A stretch of DNA of 64,000 nucleotides, from contig JBHGNT010000002.1 in the NCBI GenBank assembly GCA_043228905.1, positions 22,816,001-22,880,000 on the forward strand, given 5' to 3'. This stretch comes from Azolla caroliniana. Taxonomy: Eukaryota > Plantae > Polypodiophyta. Under the pieces are notes generated by a model, which saw only the letters and a program-made list of their open reading frames with translations, was not told where the DNA came from and searched no databases. This document shows, piece after piece, positions 49,867 to 64,000 of this stretch (positions within the stretch are counted from its first letter, which is position 1; each line of letters starts with the position of its first letter). The position numbers and the translations under genes are program-made.

Positions 49867-52800
49867 TTACATTGCATCTTGATGATACTTATCGAGCTCA
49901 GCATCTAGCTCCTCCATTGTTGGAACATTTTTCTCTACACCAGAAAAGGTCGCCGGCCTTCTACCTCTACCTCTTCCACGTCCACTGAATCTTCGTGACC
50001 GAAAACGACGTCCTCCAGTGCCACCACTATCAATAAAATCAATTAGAACATCCAAAATGCTGCTTTATCATTCTGACTATGAGACACTTTAGCAGCTTTT
50101 TAAAAATATTGTCTTCTGAATGTTTTCATATTGTACTCAATTTGGCAGCTTTGTTTTCTCTATCAGCTATTAAATTATTCTATAAAATTCCGATTTTTAT
50201 GAATATTATAGTCTTCAAGTGCACACTATTAACTAATCAAAATTCTCTCATCATATTTAGGCATTTTTCTCCTTAATATCCTTCTTTATTAAATATGAGA
50301 CTACATTTTCTAAAATCAGTTAGTAAATTATTATCATGATGCTCAGTACTAAATCTTTATGGGACATGGCTCTCAGAATGATGACCCTACAAAATTAACT
50401 TGAAGTTATTAATAAATTTAAGATAAACATATGATTATTAATCATTTTGAGCACATCATCTTTTCGTGATACAAGCATGCCTTTCAAACATTTTTGTTTC
50501 ACAAAATTTCTGAAGTGCTTCAAAATATACACCCTTCAATGTCGAAGTGTTTTACTGACCATGATCAATCAAGAACAGTAAAAAGCATTGTTAACCTTAG
50601 GTAAGCAGAACTCCACCCACACAGGACACTCCCTCCCTCTTAAGGATTTTCTGGTATCCCACTAAAAGCTCTCCCATGGCACAAGTATAAGACTTTATTC
50701 ATATAACACTGGCAGGCTATTAAATAACTTATCTTTAGAATTGTCTCAAAAATGGTTCTGTATGTTCAAGGGAATTTCAATTGTCTTTGGTTGTCCATGG
50801 TTCTGTAGGTTCAAGGGGATTTCAATTGTGATTATAAACATTATTTGCAAGAGAAAAAGGAGCATAAAAAGCCATACAACCTCAATAACCAGATCCAACT
50901 AGTTGAAAAGAAGAAAATCAGAACCAGAAAGAAGACAAGGATAAAAAAATAGATATAAATATTAGAGGAACTTCACAAAATCAAGAACAGCAACAAATCA
51001 TTCTTTGATGTCAGTAGGAACAAAGTGGTACACAAAATAAGAATGCATAAAATTTACGACCAAGATAGAGACATACTGTTACGTGTGAACGTCAAATATG
51101 TAAAGATTATATTCTTACCAAAAGTGTTTGCACAACAATAGTATACAAAAATATGTAGACAACAAAAGCGTAAATGCGTTCAACCATGTACTTCAAGTAT
51201 ATATGAGAGAGAGAGAAAAAGAAGACATACCGCATGACTGAAGTGCGCCGACCCATGCCAAAAGCTGGAAGTTCATTCACTGGTTGTGCCAAAGGTGGTA
51301 GTAAATTTGAGCCAATGAGTTCTATCTTCATCGGCTTCCCATCTAACAGAACATCATTATATTGCTTTAATGCAGTAAGTGCATCTTGGCGCCTTGAATA
51401 TACTACTTCTGCTGTACCCTGTGCATCAGCATGGTAATGCATATCTTTATCACATTTTTCAAGATAACATTCAATTCTTACATATATAGCTCAAATAAAA
51501 ACCAATGATGCAAAACCACCCGATACCTTTGATCTTCCACTCCTATCATAATGTATGCCAAATCGTTTGAGATCACCAACTTCAGAGAAAAGCTCCTAAG
51601 ACAAAACAATTAAGTACACTGTTTGTTCATAATATTACAAACATGCCTAGCAAACACATACCCGAAACCAGAAACTCTCATTGCTCGAAACAAAACAGTT
51701 GCCATCTCATCCAGCAAATATATTGTTAGCAAATTCATTGTGCAGAAATCATAGAATTTAGCGAAAAACTAATTTTGTACAGATGAATTCTGTTCCTTTT
51801 AATGGATATTCCAAACAGGCAAGTTTGAAATAATCAATTTACATTTTAATGAATGACACCACCTTTTCCACAGATATTACAAACTTGTCACAGAAACTGT
51901 ATTTTAGAGGTAGATTTGAGAAATTATCTCCTTAGTATATAGCACATATTTTAGCATACTTATGGCAGAAACTTACATTTTGTGACAGACAAAAAAATCT
52001 CTTCTTATGGTGATGGAAGCCAAACAATGTTACTCCTGCTGTGATGTACACAAATAGAATGTTCTTACAGACAATACCAAATATGCTCACCAAATTTATA
52101 GCAGCAGAAACCCTAAGTTTGTAAGATAACTTTAATTTTATGCAAAAGACAAACAAAATACATACAAACAATGGGGAAATGGAATTACCTTGATATCTTC
52201 ATTTGAAACTCCATACTCAAGATTGGACAAATAGAGCTTAGTGCCTGTTTCAATCCCTACGGAGCGGATAGCAGCCGACCCAACAACTTCTTGCAGCATT
52301 TCACGCCGCCATCCACCATCCGAAAATCCACCACGGCTCAGAAAAGGCTGCTTCCAAAGAGAGCAAAAAACATGGTGTATGAGTTTGATATCATTAAAAA
52401 CAATAATAGCTATAAAAGTAAGGATAAATAACAAACAATAAATAATGTAGAGCAAAAATAAAAATAATGCTAGAAGAATGGCATTGCTAATCTTCTAGCA
52501 TGAATTTTGATGACGATAGGCTTTATTCAAAATCTTTTCAATAAAATAAATGAATGGAAGCCCCAATTTGTGGGCTTTAATGGGCCAGTTTGGAATTTAA
52601 ACGAACCCAAACCTTTTTCAAAAGTTGCCACACTGAAACCTGAAAGAAATGCCTAAGACTGCAACTACTCTATATAAATTAATATTTATGCATATATAAT
52701 CGTGAACAATTAGAAGTTTTGAGAGTCCATCTTCAAATTTGAAACCCACATTTTGGGCTTCAAAATAAGACTAATATTTCTTAAAGCTAGCATTAACAAA

Positions 52801-53817
52801 ACTCAGAAGTCAAAATTTCATGACTGAATGCATATTTTACAAGAGTTGCACGCATGAAACTCAAAGAAACACTGAACATTACCAGGAAAACTAACTATGT
52901 ATGCAAAATTTAGAGAGAAAAAAAAAGTGATTCAAAATAAAGATTGAAACATTATATTAATTGAAAGAAAAGTTCATTTTCATGACTAATCCTTGCTTTG
53001 GACCCAAATATATGGGGATGGTCTCTTACCTTGTGCTCTTATATCTAGAAATATAGGGTATCTAGAACTTTCTAAGGATTCTACACTCAAATTTGAAACA
53101 GCATCTTGATGGAATGTAAATTTTGATCTATAACCTCACCAGGTATTGATCCTGAGGGGTCAAGGTTTCACAGATATGTGAGGGTGTGTGCGCATGTCTG
53201 CATGTATGCATATATATATAAATATGTATAGATATGTTAGGTTCATACTTATGTGTAGGTAACTAGGGTTCCGCACATCTACAATCTAAAGGTTCCATCC
53301 ATATTTGAAATTAGGAAGCTTCACCATCACTGATTGCAAAATTTTGTGTGAAAATTTACCTTGGGCGTCAAACCTAGTTTTGCGTAATTAAGCAAACAAA
53401 TTGAACTGAATTTGAAACTTCACTCTGATTAAAGCTTACCAGATGAAATATTTCAAAAACGTTTGAAGGATTAGAGATTAAAAAGCTCATGGAGTTTTCC
53501 AATTCTTGAGAATTTTCTTCTATGATTTATTAAAGGTCATATACCTTAGATAACTGAAAAGACGAAGTACGAGCAGCGCCATGAATGGGTCCTCTTCTGA
53601 CTCTGAGAACAGAAGAAACCCTAATGTTACCATTCGCTTCAGTATTTTCTCCTGTGCTATTACCGAAGTATCTTCTACTTCCACTTCCTCTTCCTATTCC
53701 TCTCCCTCTGCTACCTCTTCTCCCTCTCCCTCTCCCTCTCCCTCTTCCTCTTCCACTGAAAGAGGGCTTCTTGTTCTTCTCTATGATTTCATCCAGAGCC
53801 ATATCCAAGGAATTCAT
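49867..53817 (-). CDS. ALY: ALY/REF mRNA export adaptor (THO complex subunit 4)
   Basis: Exons 53545-53817, 52189-52347, 51527-51595, 51231-51418, 49867-50026; N-terminal motif LDMALDEII, RG repeats, RRM TKLYLSNLEYGVSNEDIKELFSEVG..YDRSGRSKGTAEV, C-terminal motif ELDAELDKYH. Confidence 0.93.
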
Positions 53818-55933
53818 GGCTATGGCTATGGCTCTCTGCCACTCAGTCTGTGCAGAGATGACCTAAATTAGCGCAATCTCCCTCTCTCCCTCCCTCTCCC
53901 TCTCTCTCTGTGTCTGTGTCTGGGCCTCTCTGTTTCTCTGTTAAGGTTCACCCCACAGTTTTTCAATTTTGGGCGGGGAAATTCCTCTCATGTTCACTCG
54001 TTTCTAAATTTGGGGGAATTCTTCAGCATGTGCTTATATTTATTACATACTTGATTATATTATATATATATATACATATAACATAATACATATATATATA
54101 TATATATATATGTACATAGTCATTTTTGCCACACTCCACAAAGTTGTGGAAACACGCAGGATCAAACGTCCACCCTATGTCCACCAAATGTTCATGCACA
54201 ATCACATTCATAACGTAATATATTTGACTCACCCAGTCACCTTGAGATTGGATATTGGTTAGTCACCAGCATATGTTTTGTTTATTTGGCAATGAAATTT
54301 GGATGTGTAGCTTTGGTAATCTGCATTACTGATTGTGAAGTATATGTTCATGTACATAAACTAATATGACATGATATTTGAATTCTACATTCGTAGGCTT
54401 AACTTGTGAAAAGCCATTTAATCCAACAAACGAACTTAAAAGTGTTGATGAAGTTTGCACTGTATAAACCTAACGTTGTGGACCTTCAAAGGCTAGCATA
54501 TTTAGCTTGAGATATTCTCTGTAAAATGACTCCAATTTTGTTTTCTACAAAATATGGCTTGAAACCAAGAACAATAAAATGATTGAAATGCTTGAGTGGA
54601 TAACTTGGGTATGCATAATCAAGAAGGATATAGTAAAAACTCTAGAAGGAATAGGTTATGATGCATAGGTTGCTAAGCCTTCTATAGGATCATGACTTCA
54701 ATTAACTTTACATTCAACAACACAATCAAGGAAATCTCTATACTCAATATGTCATGTGGTACTAATTATTCTCAAGCAAAGTTTTAGTTATGATCGAGCA
54801 TATCATACATACCATATAGTTCGTAAATGTTCTAAGAATTTACACATCATTACATTTTAAAATAAAACCTACAGAAGGTGATGATTCTATCATATTTTGC
54901 TCTGCAAAAAATGGCTTCATTCAAAGATCAAACAAACATGAAAAAATGTAGCCACAGAATAGGAGCCCATCAACATGTAATGTACTCTTATTACAGTACT
55001 CAATCTAGCTTTTATTCTCTACAATTGAAGTGCTCAATAAACATTTGTGTGCTACCCCAAAATTTCACAACTCTATCTTGCACGAACATTGACATGAGGT
55101 TATGCTATGCCCTATAATATTAGCATACATAACTTCATTTTTCTGCAATGTACCTACAATTTCATTGAAATAAAAAAAGAAACAACATTTAAAAAACAAA
55201 CACATCTAAACTCTATGAATTGCAACGTCTCTTGGTGGTTCGAATTCTTGATTCCTCTCATCACATGTCCATTATGTATTTGTTGCTTCTTGTAGATAGC
55301 CAGCATCAGAAAGGGCTGTATCTCGCCATAGGAGCCTACGCTCTATAGATTCACATGGATGTGTCCTTATGCATGAAGCAACTACATATAGTCAAACATC
55401 ATCAACACAAGGAACTTCCCAATTCTGTTTACTCTTCAGGTTTTAAGTCTTTTTTATTACTTCTTAAAAGTTTCAAGAGTAATTATGTTCCAAATGTCAT
55501 AACTCTAAATAAAGCATATCATTAAGATACAGATTTATCTTTACGAGGAACAGTCTACAAAGAAACACATATATACATATAGATGGATAGAAAGATGCTT
55601 TGTTGAGTATGCATTACCTTTGCTTATATGTAAGGATAGTGACATGCATGGAATCACAATAACACAACACATTCAAACAGCAGAATTTCTGCTGTCTTGA
55701 TGACACCCAGGTGTTCATCATAAAGATCTTGCACCAAAATATGTTACAGGAGTTCATCCAGCTTCCAACAACATTATTTCATCCGACATTTTTATTCAAA
55801 TCATTACACAAAAGCCCCAATAGGGATGCACATAATTATAAAGACACATTTTGATGACGATAAATAAATAAAAATCGGCATTGGGATGGATCAAGTCTAA
55901 GATGATAATAAAAAGCAGAAAAGCATGCTAACA

Positions 55934-58900
55934 TCAAGCACCATTCTTCAATTTCTTAGCAATGCCAGAGATATACTTTCCTTGATGGAAAGCTTGTTCT
56001 AGTTCCAACTTTGTGGGTTGTCTACTACCATCGCCAGCATAAGTCCCAGCACCATAGGGTGATCCACCCTTCAACTCTTGCATTTCAAACATACCACTAC
56101 CGAATGTGTAGCCTATTGGTACAAATATCATTCCATGATGAGCAAGTTGTGTGATCGCAGTCAAACTGTCGAGCGCCCAAAAAATCCACAAGCAGTTAGC
56201 ATTGAGAAAGTAACTCCAAAATAAATACTCAACACCCCCAAGTTCTTCCTATTTCCCCACAAATAGAGTGAGGAAAAGTGAATGAATTAAGCACATTATT
56301 GCTCAAGAGGGACAGGTTGAATGTGCACATCTGGAAAATAAAGAAGCACTCGGGGGCATTTCAGAGTTTTCCCCATTTAACATAATCTCCAGGAAAATTA
56401 GGCGTTTTTTGGCAGATTTCCAGAAAGAAGAAAGAAGACACTAAAACTCTACTACTTACGCTGTGGTTTCTTGGCCACCACCTTGTGATCCTGTGCTGAA
56501 AAAGATACCAGCAGGCTTTCCTGCAAGGAGTTGAGAGCGCCAGAGGCCACCAGTTGCATCAAGGAATGCTTTGAATTGTGCCGCCATCATTCCAAACCGA
56601 GTAGGAAACCCAAAAATAATGCCATCCGCTTCGGCTAATTGGGCCGGCTCAATAATTGGTACTTCAGATTTTGGTGGAGCTCCCATCTTTAGCAAAGGAA
56701 CCTCACCGAGTGTTTCAGGAACCTAATATTCATGTTGCAGATATCAATGAGCCCAGAACTTATATATGCACCAATGTCATATCAAATACAATGGTTGAGC
56801 TTCTATTCAAATACAACTATATATCCTCGTCTGTGAAGTCTCCCTCCCTCCCTCTCTCTCTCAAGTTTCTAAACGGCTTAACCAGTTTGAGCCGGTTTGG
56901 CTTTAACCGCTAAGCCGGTTTAAGCCGGTTTAGCCAAACGGTTTAGGCTTGAGCCGATCCCTAATGCTTACCCAGGAACCTCATTGAATACAATGGTTGA
57001 GCTTCCATACACGAACTCACCAAATACAATGTTTGGATTTTTATACCCAAACCCCAGCAAATTAATTCTAACTTATCAGAACATCACCAAATACAGTGTT
57101 TGAGCCTACACACACCCTCATCGAGTACATCACAAGAACTGACAGAAAACATCTTTTGAGCATACAACATATACGAGCTTATTAGAACATCATCAAATAC
57201 AGTGTTTGAGTCTACACACACCCTCATCGAGTACATCACAAGAATTGACAGAAAACATCTTTTGAACCGTGAAAATTAATTCACAGATTGCTATCTCAAA
57301 TCTCTCAACAACTACTATAAAACTCATTTTTTATCTTCATGTTTGAATTTATATGCAACCTCTTCTGATACAATGTTTGAACTTACAAAACTACATGACA
57401 AGAACTGGCATGAAATATATGAGAACTCTGACAAAACATGTTTAAGGTCATTAAATGTTAAACTCCAGGTTGTTATTTCAGAATCCCCATCAAATGCATC
57501 AGAAAGACTCCGCAAAACATGTTTTGTATCAATAAAATATAGTAAATATCAATCTCTCAAAATCCCATCAAATATATTACTGCAGAACTACCATAAAACA
57601 TGTTTCAATCACTAGAAATGGTTCAAGATCTATAACTCAAAACCACATTCAATACATGTCAATGACTATCTCATCAAGTAATCATAATTTGCAAAGTCTA
57701 CCATGACAAAAGTTTTAATAACTAAAAATAGTTCAAGATCAATTTCTCAACATTTGCATGAAATACATGACAAGGGCTACAATAGAGCTGTCTTTAGTCA
57801 ATAAAATTTACTCAGGATCAGGATCTCACAATATGCATCAGATACATGACAAGGATTACCATAAAACATGTTTAGAACCAGTCAACGTTATTCAAGATAC
57901 ATCTTGTATCAAATATATCTCTAGTTCCACAGCAGGTTTTAAATTGGTAATGTTATTCAAGATATATTTCATAATCCATCAGGGATTCGAGTCTAAAAAT
58001 TCAGGTAATACATCAGAGACCTATATATACCAGAGGTTTGAATAGCTTTACAAAAGAAAAGAATTGAGATACGTCATTCTAATATACAGGACTACACATT
58101 TGACAGAAACAAACATCTCATATACAGTAGAGTTAAAATAAGCTTGATTAATCATATAGTTCTAATTATTAGTTCAGACTATAAGTTTATGTATTCAAAT
58201 GACAATACACTATATTAAATATTGAAGAGCTGACACAATAGGGTATATTGCAAAGATTGCATGAACCTTATATATAGATTCCGCTGAAAGAGGTTCTTCA
58301 AGAAAATAATTTCATTTGATGCAATATCCAAAGGTCCTTACATGAACCTTGTGAAAACAGTACACACAATGTTTAATAGAAAGAGCTAGTTCAGAAATCT
58401 AATTAGTACGAAGATCATAGACAATCCAGATTCCATGCAATAAGGCTGCTTCAAAAGAAAATATTTCATTTCAAGCTAGCAATGATCAAAGGTTCTTATG
58501 GGAACCATATGCGATCTGTTTGCAAGAATTTAAAATAACTGAAGAGCTTGTTCAGAGATACAATGAATATGATGGCCATAGGCAATTGTATATGTTGCAA
58601 AGGTTCTTGCATGAACCTTATATACGGCTTTTCATCTGTTTGGAAGGAAACTATTATTATTTGATGCAAGCTTCAATTTTCCATATATGGAACTTATGAA
58701 ATATGTCTGGTAGTGAACAGCTAATCCAGAAAACTTCATTAGTATGAAGATCACAGACAATTAATTACAACCTGGGAAAGGTTCTTGTATGAATCTTATA
58801 CATAGATTGAACATAAAGAAGCTTACTCAGAGGAAATACGTTCATTTGCAAGGCTAAGGTTGTTTTCTGAACCTTATATACAGATTTTATACAAAGAGGC

Positions 58901-60656
58901 TTTTTCAAAGAGAGCAATTTCACTAGATACAACGTCAAATTTTGCATTGTGTGATATTGTTTCCATTGAAGCAGCTTTTTTGTATGGAAACGTGTATACA
59001 TAGTTCATATAAGGACTATGGATCACACCAGAGAAAACCATACAGAGGAAACAAACAGATGTCAAACAGGAACATGATTTTTACATCTCGAGAAAAACCT
59101 GAATTCATATAACATACATGTTGATAAAGTCACGAATATATAGATTTTAAAGATGTTATCAAATAAACAAACAACACCAGAGAAATGCACCCATATGAGA
59201 AATAAAGATATCAAAGACTAAATGTAGTTTTTAATCATATAGCAACATACACAAAAACAAGCTAATTTTTGTGTAGACATTACTGGTGATTCATGCAGCC
59301 CCAAAGATGAAGATATGCTTGTCATTTATAGAACCTTAAGGCCTTATCAAGCAAACAGATAGACATAACAGTGGAAAATATAAATAAGTATCACACAGAT
59401 AACCAGAGTTTTAAATGAGCATTATCAACACATCATGAACTATATAGACAGCATCGAGAGAGTATTCACATATCTAAAGGCATGTTGTCTGACAATCTCT
59501 AAAGAAACCAGAATTCATATATCTACGTAAGATAAAGCTTCATCATTTGTAATTTTTTGAGAATTTCTCAGATTGACAGGCAGGCTTAGTAAAAATTTGG
59601 AACTTTGTCTGAACAAGAGAAAGATCAGAGAAAATGTACACGAGAAATTGAAAAATAACCAGAGAAAAACACATCATCTTCCATCTCTAGACACAGAAAT
59701 CATGACAAAAGCATTATCTCGTAATCAATACAAAACCATGCCACGAAAACATCACAACTACATTGAACATGGCATAAACACAGAGAGAACATCAGGTGCA
59801 TCACAAAGGCACAGAAAATTCGCCATAAAGATGTAGACAAAGAGAAGTTTCTAATACTTCTTGAATTCATCTCGATGACATAAAAATCATGAAATAACCT
59901 TGACAAAAACATAAAAACTTACCACAAGACAGCAAAGAAATAGCTACAAAGTTATACCTGCCAGAGAGTGGCTTCATCACAAAAATCACGACAAGACATA
60001 GAAATGGTCGCAAGTGTGCACCTGCCAGAGAGTAGCTTCTACTCCTTCTACGGAATCTGCTCCTTGCTTGATCTCCTTAGCAAGCTTCTCCACGTGTCCA
60101 TACATGGAATAATAGCTGTAAACAAAGAACGGAAATATATGTTAAGTAGAAAAAAACTGGGGATTGATGTGAAGTAGAGGTTGAAGCACACATTTTGACG
60201 CACTGTGTAAATGAATGAATCCGTAGAGAATGAAGGATGAAGACTAAAGATCTTAGAAAAAACTGGGGATTGATGTGAAGTAGAGGTTGAAGCACACATT
60301 TTGACGCACTGTGTAAATGCATGAATCCGTAGAGAATGAAGGATGAAGACTAAAGATCTAAGATTCAAGTGAATGGGTGAAGAATCGGCAAAGAAATAAG
60401 AACATCGTGAAGCTCAAAATTCGACAGATTACTGTAAACGAATTGAATCAGGGAAAGACAGAAGAAAAGGATTAAAGCTGAAATTTCATGTGAATGACTG
60501 AAGAAACAGCGGAGAAGGGACGAAGAAATTCAGGCTCAATTTACTACAAGAAACGAATGAAATGGCTTAATCGAGAGATTAGGCATGAATGAACAGTAAT
60601 GAAGGAGAAGGCATTAGTAGAGAGGGTACTTACACGATGTAGATCTTGGTAGCCAT
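55934..60656 (-). CDS. FQR1: NAD(P)H:quinone oxidoreductase, flavodoxin-like WrbA/FQR1 family (203 aa)
   Basis: Exons 60634-60656, 60022-60115, 56460-56722, 55934-56165 total 612 nt; [46 protein letters not shown]. Confidence 0.95.
56868..56963 (-). mobile_element. hAT-like terminal fragment
   Basis: Repeated AACCG/CCGGTTT motifs ending in GATCCCTA (TAGGGATC on minus, a hAT-type terminus); other end not seen. Confidence 0.45.
57078..57265. repeat. ~105-bp-period tandem duplication in FQR1 intron 2
   Basis: AGAACATCA.CAAATACAGTGTTTGAG...GACAGAAAACATCTTTTGA occurs twice. Confidence 0.8.
60147..60359. repeat. ~107-bp near-perfect tandem duplication in FQR1 intron 1
   Basis: TAGAAAAAACTGGGGATTGATG...GACTAAAGATCT occurs twice. 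Confidence 0.9.
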
Positions 60657-63600
60657 GTCTGAAAAACGTAAGGGATTTGATAGCGCAAAAGGAATGGTAA
60701 GCGGAAGATGCTTGAGGGGAGACAGGAAATGCAGACGAAGGAATTGAGAGCAGAAACTGCAGAACGAAGGAAGTGAGACGGGGGGGGGGGGGGGGGGGGG
60801 CGAGGTTTAGAAGAAGGAGAGGGAGGGGGAATAAATAAGTAATTAAATCAAATGACAGAGAAACAAACAAAAATAAATAAAAGGGACAAATAATAAAAAT
60901 ATATAAGTAAAAAATAAAAAGGAAAATAAATACATAAATGAATACTAGAAAAGATGGTCAAGAAAATAACATGCGTACCTACATACGTATGTTGTCAGTA
61001 TGCGTATGCGTATATGCGTATGTTGTCTGTATGTGTATGTATTCGTATGGAGTACGGATTAGATCGAAGGAAGCGATCAAATCTCAGTAAATAGTAATCA
61101 TAATAATAATACATAAGTAAAAAAGCATATGAAGTATGTACATACATACATACATATGTAGCTCGCTCTCTCGTAAGTCGTAACCTCAAAATGAATTATG
61201 AAGAAAAAAACAACTCTTTCAACGCCTCTCTTTCTTTATCTCTTCGATCACATAAAGAAAGAAGTATCCCAATTGAAAAAGAGAAGGCAATCAATATTAT
61301 TTTTAATATTAAAGGCTTTGTTTTTCTTTAGAAAAAAGAGCTAAAAAAAGAAAGAAACTCCTTTTATTTTTTATCTGCTATTGCTTTCACATACATACAC
61401 ATCCACCCCCCACGCACACACAGACCCGATCAAAAACAAACAAATAAATTTACTTATTGAGGAGTTGAGTTCTAACACTATTATGTATGTACTCTATATT
61501 AATCAATTTACATACATTGACATTATTGTCATGACTCATCACCATGTGATGCAAACGCACCACCCCTTTTGTCTCTCGCACACACGTGCATCACCCCATA
61601 TCTCAAGCATGAGATCATGTCCACCTCAATCACGGTCAAGGTTCTCACATCCTCAGACCTTCCTTCCCTTCTCACATCTTATACTTTTGTCATTCGATGA
61701 ATTATGTGTGTGTGCGTGTGTAACTTATTGATAGAGCCAATATATCTCCATATTGATGATTCATTGTAATCTTACACTTTGATGCACCAAAGTCGTATCA
61801 ATTGAGAGAACCCCAAGCTCATTCTTTCCCAAGTCAACTCAGCCTCATCCCCATACCTCACAATCAATCTCCCATGGACGTAAAAGAAAAAACATGTGTA
61901 TTTCCTTAGGAAAGCAAAACCTTTGATATATATTTATTCCATTCTCTTTTCAAGGATATTAATCTTTATGATTTAAGAGATTGGAGAGAGTCCTTCAAAG
62001 AGTTTATTCAGGCTACACCATTGATTTTCTATTTCATTCTTTTATACTTCTACATCATGCAATGTTTAGTTTTTCAAGATCTCAAGAAGCTTACTTAATG
62101 GGTGTAAGATCACCTTGCAAAGTACCATTGAACCTTGAATATCAGCTATTTTGGGATTGGCATAAATATGCTTATGACTTGATGGAAGGGAAGTTTATAA
62201 TATATCATTAAAATTGAGTCTAAAGCATGCTAATTTATTTGAAGCACACTAAACCATGAATTTCACCTTCGAATGAATCAAATAGATGAATTGAGCACAA
62301 CGCAATGGAATTTGGTAGGTCATCACACCATGCATGTTCGCTACTCCTTTAGGGACTCATATGATGCACCTTCGCTATTTGGTAAATTGTTGTAAGCTAG
62401 GGATAAACCATATCCCCAAAAATTTTGATATTTTTTCTAAAATCTTAGTTAGATTGCCAAGCAAATTATCTCTCTTTAATTAATTGTAATTTATGTTTAG
62501 CAGCAACACACAAGTTTTTTTTTAAACTTCGTGGACAACCTAATTCAATTCAAGAAAATGCATGGATAATATATCATTCACGTGATACTCTTTCATAATT
62601 AATGACTTAATTACAATAATTAGCTATACATTTTAGCGAAAAGTACTCGGATACCCCTGGAAGTTCGTCTATTTACCAGAATGCCCCTGGAAGTTCCAAA
62701 TTTACCAAACTATCCCTATGTACAAAAAATTACACTTTATAAAGTAACTATACACTCAAATCTTATGAACACTATTATATATTAGAACAAGGACAAATGT
62801 GTCACATTATGCCATGCATGATTGTAATGTCTTGCTACCAAAGATAGGGGGATATTTGTATTGAGCACCACATTGTGGTATCCAGACAAATTTTTGTTTT
62901 CTTGAACAAGTACAAGGTTCATGAGTGAACAGGAAGAACGACACACACTCCATGTATGTTTGAACAATTTCACTAATTGTTGTATTGTGTAACAAACATT
63001 ACGTCCATGTTATTTGGCTATTTCTAGGAGATAGTAGTCATTGTGCATGGGGGCAAATTGAAATTGTGAAAAACTTTTCTTATGATCACAACATCAAATC
63101 CAATGCTCTTGCCTTGAACCCACAATTTCTATGTTTTTTAAAGCATCAAATTATCGAATCAATAAGTTGGGGTTGTCCTAAAGTATTGTATAAAACAGGT
63201 AAAAGTGTTGCCATGTTCACAACATGCTTTATCATGTCATTTTGTTTGTTTTTTTTTTTACCAAAAAAAAACTCCTTCTATTAGTTATAAAATTTTACAA
63301 ATGAGATATCATGTCATCTTGTTGCTCTATACACATCTCTATACATCACGCAAGCCATAACTATCAACAAAGATTATTGAAATCATAATAATATTCATTG
63401 ATATTATTCATATCTTGATTAAATAAGTAATGAAGATGATGAGGGAATTTGCTATAAATTAAATGCTTTTGATGTAGAACGTTATGTACAAGACGAGATG
63501 GATATATGAGAAGGATATTCATGTGATGAAAGTAAGTTATCTTAGTGCAATAATATTTTTTACTTGAATACTTGTAACTAACAGATCATATTAAAATGTT

Positions 63601-64000
63601 AATGGGTTAGGATTGAAATTTGGATACTTCCATAGGAGTATAATTAGATATTGGATGTTTGTATTTTCTCAATTCCATCAAAGAGCACATGGGCTCATAC
63701 TTTTCATACAACTAATGTCGTCTCATCACAAATAATTCCATTATTAACAATTGTAAGAGATGAGATATTTAATGATGTGTTCCGCAACCTTCAAGCACAA
63801 GACCTCATTATTTATTTATTTTCCAAAAAAATTCTACTTCCATTAGTTAAGAAAATGTACATACGATAGTATATAACTCATATGTTACAAGCCACTTTGC
63901 AATGGCCACAAGAAAACATCATGTATAAATGAAGCAACAAAGCCTCGTCACAGAATTGCTCGACAAACTCCCCTCAACATGAGCCTCACACAATCCACAT

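Noticed and set aside
53581-53871. Ser/Pro- and Leu/Pro-repeat plus-strand ORFs
   Set aside because: Antisense shadow of the ALY RG-repeat exon.
61000-64000. Short ORFs upstream of FQR1
   Set aside because: AT-rich and simple-repeat intergenic DNA; no splice-consistent or homologous coding signal.

Overview
AT-rich eukaryotic land-plant genomic DNA. The long TE-filled introns and protein divergence suggest a fern or other non-seed plant, but that is inference. Five spliced protein-coding genes were reconstructed by hand from GT-AG exon phases: (1) the 5' part of a ZFYVE26/SPG15 (spastizin, At2g25730-like) gene on the minus strand, from 28433 and running off the left edge; (2) a two-exon GH17 beta-1,3-glucanase on the plus strand; (3) a Serinc/TMS membrane protein; (4) an ALY/REF (THO4) mRNA export adaptor; (5) an FQR1/WrbA-type quinone reductase, the last three on the minus strand. 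Two U14 box C/D snoRNAs lie in tandem about 1.7-2 kb upstream of the glucanase start, behind a (CT)n + telo-box promoter-like segment. The spastizin introns hold two TSD-bounded, internally deleted Copia elements (one carrying a hAT MITE and a telomere-motif array), an older Copia with a nested solo LTR, and many 3' fragments of an RTE-like LINE. Several small tandem duplications touch splice sites or start codons. No prokaryotic-type system (CRISPR etc.) is present. All homology calls rest on recognised motifs; no database search was run.
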